DNA from: a virus
Lineage: Duplodnaviria > Caudoviricetes
Length of the DNA: 64,000 nucleotides
Virus record (IMG/VR): IMGVR_UViG_3300035208_008180
Strand: one strand, 5' to 3'
Of this stretch, positions 61,116 through 64,000 are shown one piece after another; position 1 is the first letter of the stretch, and the number at the start of each line of letters is the position of its first letter. The notes under the pieces were generated by a model that saw only the letters and a list, made by a program, of their open reading frames with translations, was not told the origin of the DNA and ran no database searches. A program made the translations under genes and the position numbers.

Positions 61116-63569
61116 TTACTCACGAGGGCTGGGAATTGAAACTCCCATGCGTCGTGTATGCTTGGCAACCGAATCAGCCAGCGGAGTGCCAGCGAAAATT
61201 TTCGCAACAGCATCCACAATGCTGTCACCACCAACAAAACGTTGAATCGAACCAGCCTCCGCAATCTTGACCATCGTTTCATTGCTGGACAATGCCAACA
61301 ATGCTTCCGAGAAGCCAGTTTGAGCAGCGGCGAATCGATCCACGCAAGCCTTGGTTTCGGCTTCCAATTTCTCCAAGAATTGAGTTTGATGTGCTTCCTC
61401 AATTTGAATATCTTGGTCAGCTTTGGCTTTTTCACGAGCCAACTCAGCCTTGGCTTGCAAATCTCTGGTTGCTTGTTCAACAGCTACCCTGGCTTTTTCC
61501 AGGTCTCGTTGCTTGATTTGAGAAGTAATGTTTGTCAACGCTACTTCTGCATCCTTGTTGGTTTTGGCAATTGCCAGAGATAGCTGCAAATCGGCAGTAT
61601 TCCATTGCTCTTCGGCTTTGGCACGAACAACCGCTTGTGTGCGTTTGGTAATTGCCAAATCTTTTTCTGCTTCGTTGGCAGCAATATTGGACGACACCAT
61701 TTTACGTTGTGTCTCATGCAGCATTTGGGCTACCTGAGTGTCTTTAATGTCGATAGCCAAAACTTCGACATCATTGACGATCATGCCGTTTTCTTCAAAA
61801 GACTGTCCTTTTCTGACGCCATCCACCGATGGACCAAGGATACCATCACGAATAATGGCGGTTCCATCACTGTAGAAGGTTTCCACATCCAGCTTGCGAA
61901 TCATGCCCTTCAGCATGGATCGAACATGATCGCACAACAGCTTGACGTAGTTTTCGCATTCAAACCATTTGTCTTTGTGCTCTTCGAGGAAATTGACACG
62001 GAAGGACAATTTGATTTCAATCGGCACATGATCTTTTGTTTCCACAGCGATAATGTCGGAAACTTTATTGTTTTTCGTGCGAAGGTAAACGGTTCGCTCA
62101 ACCTTATCCGTATTCTTCGGCTTGCCAGTGGAAAGCTGCAAAACTTCCAGTGATTCGTCGTAATTCAACAGAATGGTTGTGGGGCCAATTTCTACCCGTC
62201 GTTTGCTGCTCTTGTCCACTACCATGACGGCATAACCAGTCCATACTTGGATGGTTGGCACACCTTCATATTTGGTGTCAAGGGTCAGCATGCGTGGTTG
62301 GGTATATTTGGTGCCACGGCGGATCGAATCCATGCCTTCCAAACCACGGGCAGTGTGTTCATAAGTATCTGCCATCAGGCAGGAAACTTCTTCTTCCACA
62401 TAGCCTTGAGTGGCATTAGTAAAACGCAAACTTTCGTTGTACGCTTTTGCCTCTTCGTTGGATGGATAAAGCAAAGCACATTCGCTCTCTGTCAAAATAC
62501 GGCGAACGAAAACCTGGAACACAGGATTTGGCAGGCTCATCGTGGGACCACGAACCAAATCAATTTCACCAGTTTTGCGATTCATGAGATATCGACCTTC
62601 ACCGGGCGGGATTGCCGTGGCGAAATGCTTCTCACGATCCCCATACTTCACAATGCTGTGTTCAGGCCGGGGATAATAAATCGCACATTCTTTGCCAGTG
62701 ATGAAAATTTCATCACCTTCCTTGTATTTTTTGCCACCCTCTTCGTAAGGGGCAATCACCTTGATGTGCAAACCCTGAATTTCGTTCAGATCGACTGCAC
62801 GGAATTTGCGTTTGCTGTTTTCGGTGAAGAAGGTTTCGGTGGGCTTCGGAAACACCACATCAGGACCACGGGCGTATCGTTTGTTGCCGTTTTCATCGAT
62901 CAAGATAGAATATTCCAGCCGCTCCAGTGTTACCGCTTCCTGCACCATTTTACGGTTGGAATCGGGAACAACTTCAACCCCGGTTGGCGGAATATAGAAA
63001 CTAACTTCCGTGCCCTTGATGATGAGCAGTTTGCCCATTGTCAAGCCGAGTTGATCGGCAGCTTTTGTGGCCACTTCTTCATCGGCGGGAGTCTCGGCAG
63101 TTTTAATAACTGCCTTGGACCAATTGGCTTTGGCTTGAGCTTCGTTATAAACTCGCACCTGTACATATTGGTTACTACGGAGATTATGCCCAGGAATAAC
63201 ACGAGCGGTTTGTCCAGGCCAAAGAGCAAAGGAAGTCGGGCCTGGAAGGTTGACGCAAGTGCCATATTGCAATTCCATATCCTGGGCTACGCCACCACGG
63301 GGCGGGAATTGTTCATTGGCTTTTTTGGACGGATTATCCAACACCACATAATCACCCTCGCCAGCGACGATGATTGGTTTTACCGCTTGCTCCAAAGAGC
63401 AAGGAACAAATGCATTGCCATTATACGTCACAGGTCTCTCTTGGCCTGTTTGGTTAATGACAGTCGGACCAACATAGGTCTTGACGGAACCCTTGGTGGT
63501 ATCTTGCATATAAGCAAAGGAACCAGGGGCCAAGGGCAGTTCTCGGTTTTCTGCACCGGGATTAGCCAT
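61116..63569 (-). CDS. Major vault protein (MVP) homolog
   Basis: Repeated ...GP... MVP-type repeats; shoulder (SPFH-like) segment RRVEIGP...LSTGKPK...DIIAVETKDHV; C-terminal coiled coil; AGGAG RBS. Confidence 0.8.
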   Translation of the reverse strand: MANPGAENRELPLAPGSFAYMQDTTKGSVKTYVGPTVINQTGQERPVTYNGNAFVPCSLEQAVKPIIVAGEGDYVVLDNPSKKANEQFPPRGGVAQDMELQYGTCVNLPGPTSFALWPGQTARVIPGHNLRSNQYVQVRVYNEAQAKANWSKAVIKTAETPADEEVATKAADQLGLTMGKLLIIKGTEVSFYIPPTGVEVVPDSNRKMVQEAVTLERLEYSILIDENGNKRYARGPDVVFPKPTETFFTENSKRKFRAVDLNEIQGLHIKVIAPYEEGGKKYKEGDEIFITGKECAIYYPRPEHSIVKYGDREKHFATAIPPGEGRYLMNRKTGEIDLVRGPTMSLPNPVFQVFVRRILTESECALLYPSNEEAKAYNESLRFTNATQGYVEEEVSCLMADTYEHTARGLEGMDSIRRGTKYTQPRMLTLDTKYEGVPTIQVWTGYAVMVVDKSSKRRVEIGPTTILLNYDESLEVLQLSTGKPKNTDKVERTVYLRTKNNKVSDIIAVETKDHVPIEIKLSFRVNFLEEHKDKWFECENYVKLLCDHVRSMLKGMIRKLDVETFYSDGTAIIRDGILGPSVDGVRKGQSFEENGMIVNDVEVLAIDIKDTQVAQMLHETQRKMVSSNIAANEAEKDLAITKRTQAVVRAKAEEQWNTADLQLSLAIAKTNKDAEVALTNITSQIKQRDLEKARVAVEQATRDLQAKAELAREKAKADQDIQIEEAHQTQFLEKLEAETKACVDRFAAAQTGFSEALLALSSNETMVKIAEAGSIQRFVGGDSIVDAVAKIFAGTPLADSVAKHTRRMGVSIPSPRE

Positions 63570-63605
63570 AGCAACACTCCTTGTTTAAAGACTGGGGGAT
63601 AGAAA

Positions 63606-63803
63606 CTAGCCTAATTGAATTCTTATTTGTTGATTGTTGCTGCAATAACAGCATCGAAAAGAACCATTCACGGTGCCGGAATTGCCTTGTCCGGTATTTG
63701 TTCCTGGCTGTTGTTTTCCACAAGCTTCACAGACACGAACATAAGTGTAATAATTTCTGTTGCCTTCACTGATGATTCGGGCACCCGTAATTGCGTAAGC
63801 CAT
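63606..63803 (-). CDS. Small Zn-ribbon protein
   Basis: CEAC...CYC. Confidence 0.5.
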   Translation of the reverse strand: MAYAITGARIISEGNRNYYTYVRVCEACGKQQPGTNTGQGNSGTVNGSFRCCYCSNNQQIRIQLG

Positions 63804-63812
63804 GATCGCACC

Positions 63813-64000
63813 CTAGTTTTTAGAGGGCATCCAGTCCTTGATTCTATTCACAGGAATAGAAGGATTGGGTTGTTCTTTTTTCTTTCCAGAGGAAGGATCA
63901 GGATCAGGGATAGGTTTCTTGTCATCATCTCCCCGGTCATCATTTTTACCAAAAATCGCCGCCAACACCAGAAATGAAATTATCATGCCAACCGGCATTC
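63813..64000 (-). CDS. Membrane-anchored protein, probably only its C-terminal part
   Basis: Hydrophobic segment then a charged/Pro-rich tail; at the window edge. Confidence 0.4.
   Translation of the reverse strand, partial: MPVGMIISFLVLAAIFGKNDDRGDDDKKPIPDPDPSSGKKKEQPNPSIPVNRIKDWMPSKN

Noticed and set aside
62247-63602. 451-aa plus-strand ORF
   Set aside because: Antisense shadow of the MVP-like gene

Overview
Fragment of a large T4-like (myovirus-type) bacteriophage genome that reads in the standard code. A Planctomycetota host is suggested by the CsrA sequence and a Cys/Pro-rich secreted protein, but this is inference only. Positions ~0-29 kb are an accessory region, mostly on the minus strand. 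It holds a 9.3-kb array of 20 tRNA genes restricted to Leu (10), Ser (5), Phe (2), Tyr (2) and Thr (1), interleaved with HNH nucleases, a sigma-70/Zn-finger fusion, Smr, MNT and S4 domain genes and an unknown ~156-nt structured RNA. Positions 30-43 kb encode Mre11/Rad50 (gp47/46), a class II ribonucleotide reductase, a resolvase and ParB-like genes. Positions 43-58 kb are morphogenesis genes (gp26-, gp55-, gp19-, gp18-, gp15-, gp14- and gp13-like), and 61-63.6 kb is a major vault protein homolog. Main discovery: upstream of the tRNA array lie a sigma-70 promoter, a 26-codon leader ORF missed by the ORF track (17179-17259, minus) and mutually exclusive antiterminator/terminator hairpins. Seventeen consecutive leader codons are read by exactly the tRNA species the array encodes. 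This looks like a ribosome-mediated attenuator that senses tRNA depletion and switches on replacement phage tRNAs. All calls come from reading the sequence by eye; no database searches were run.
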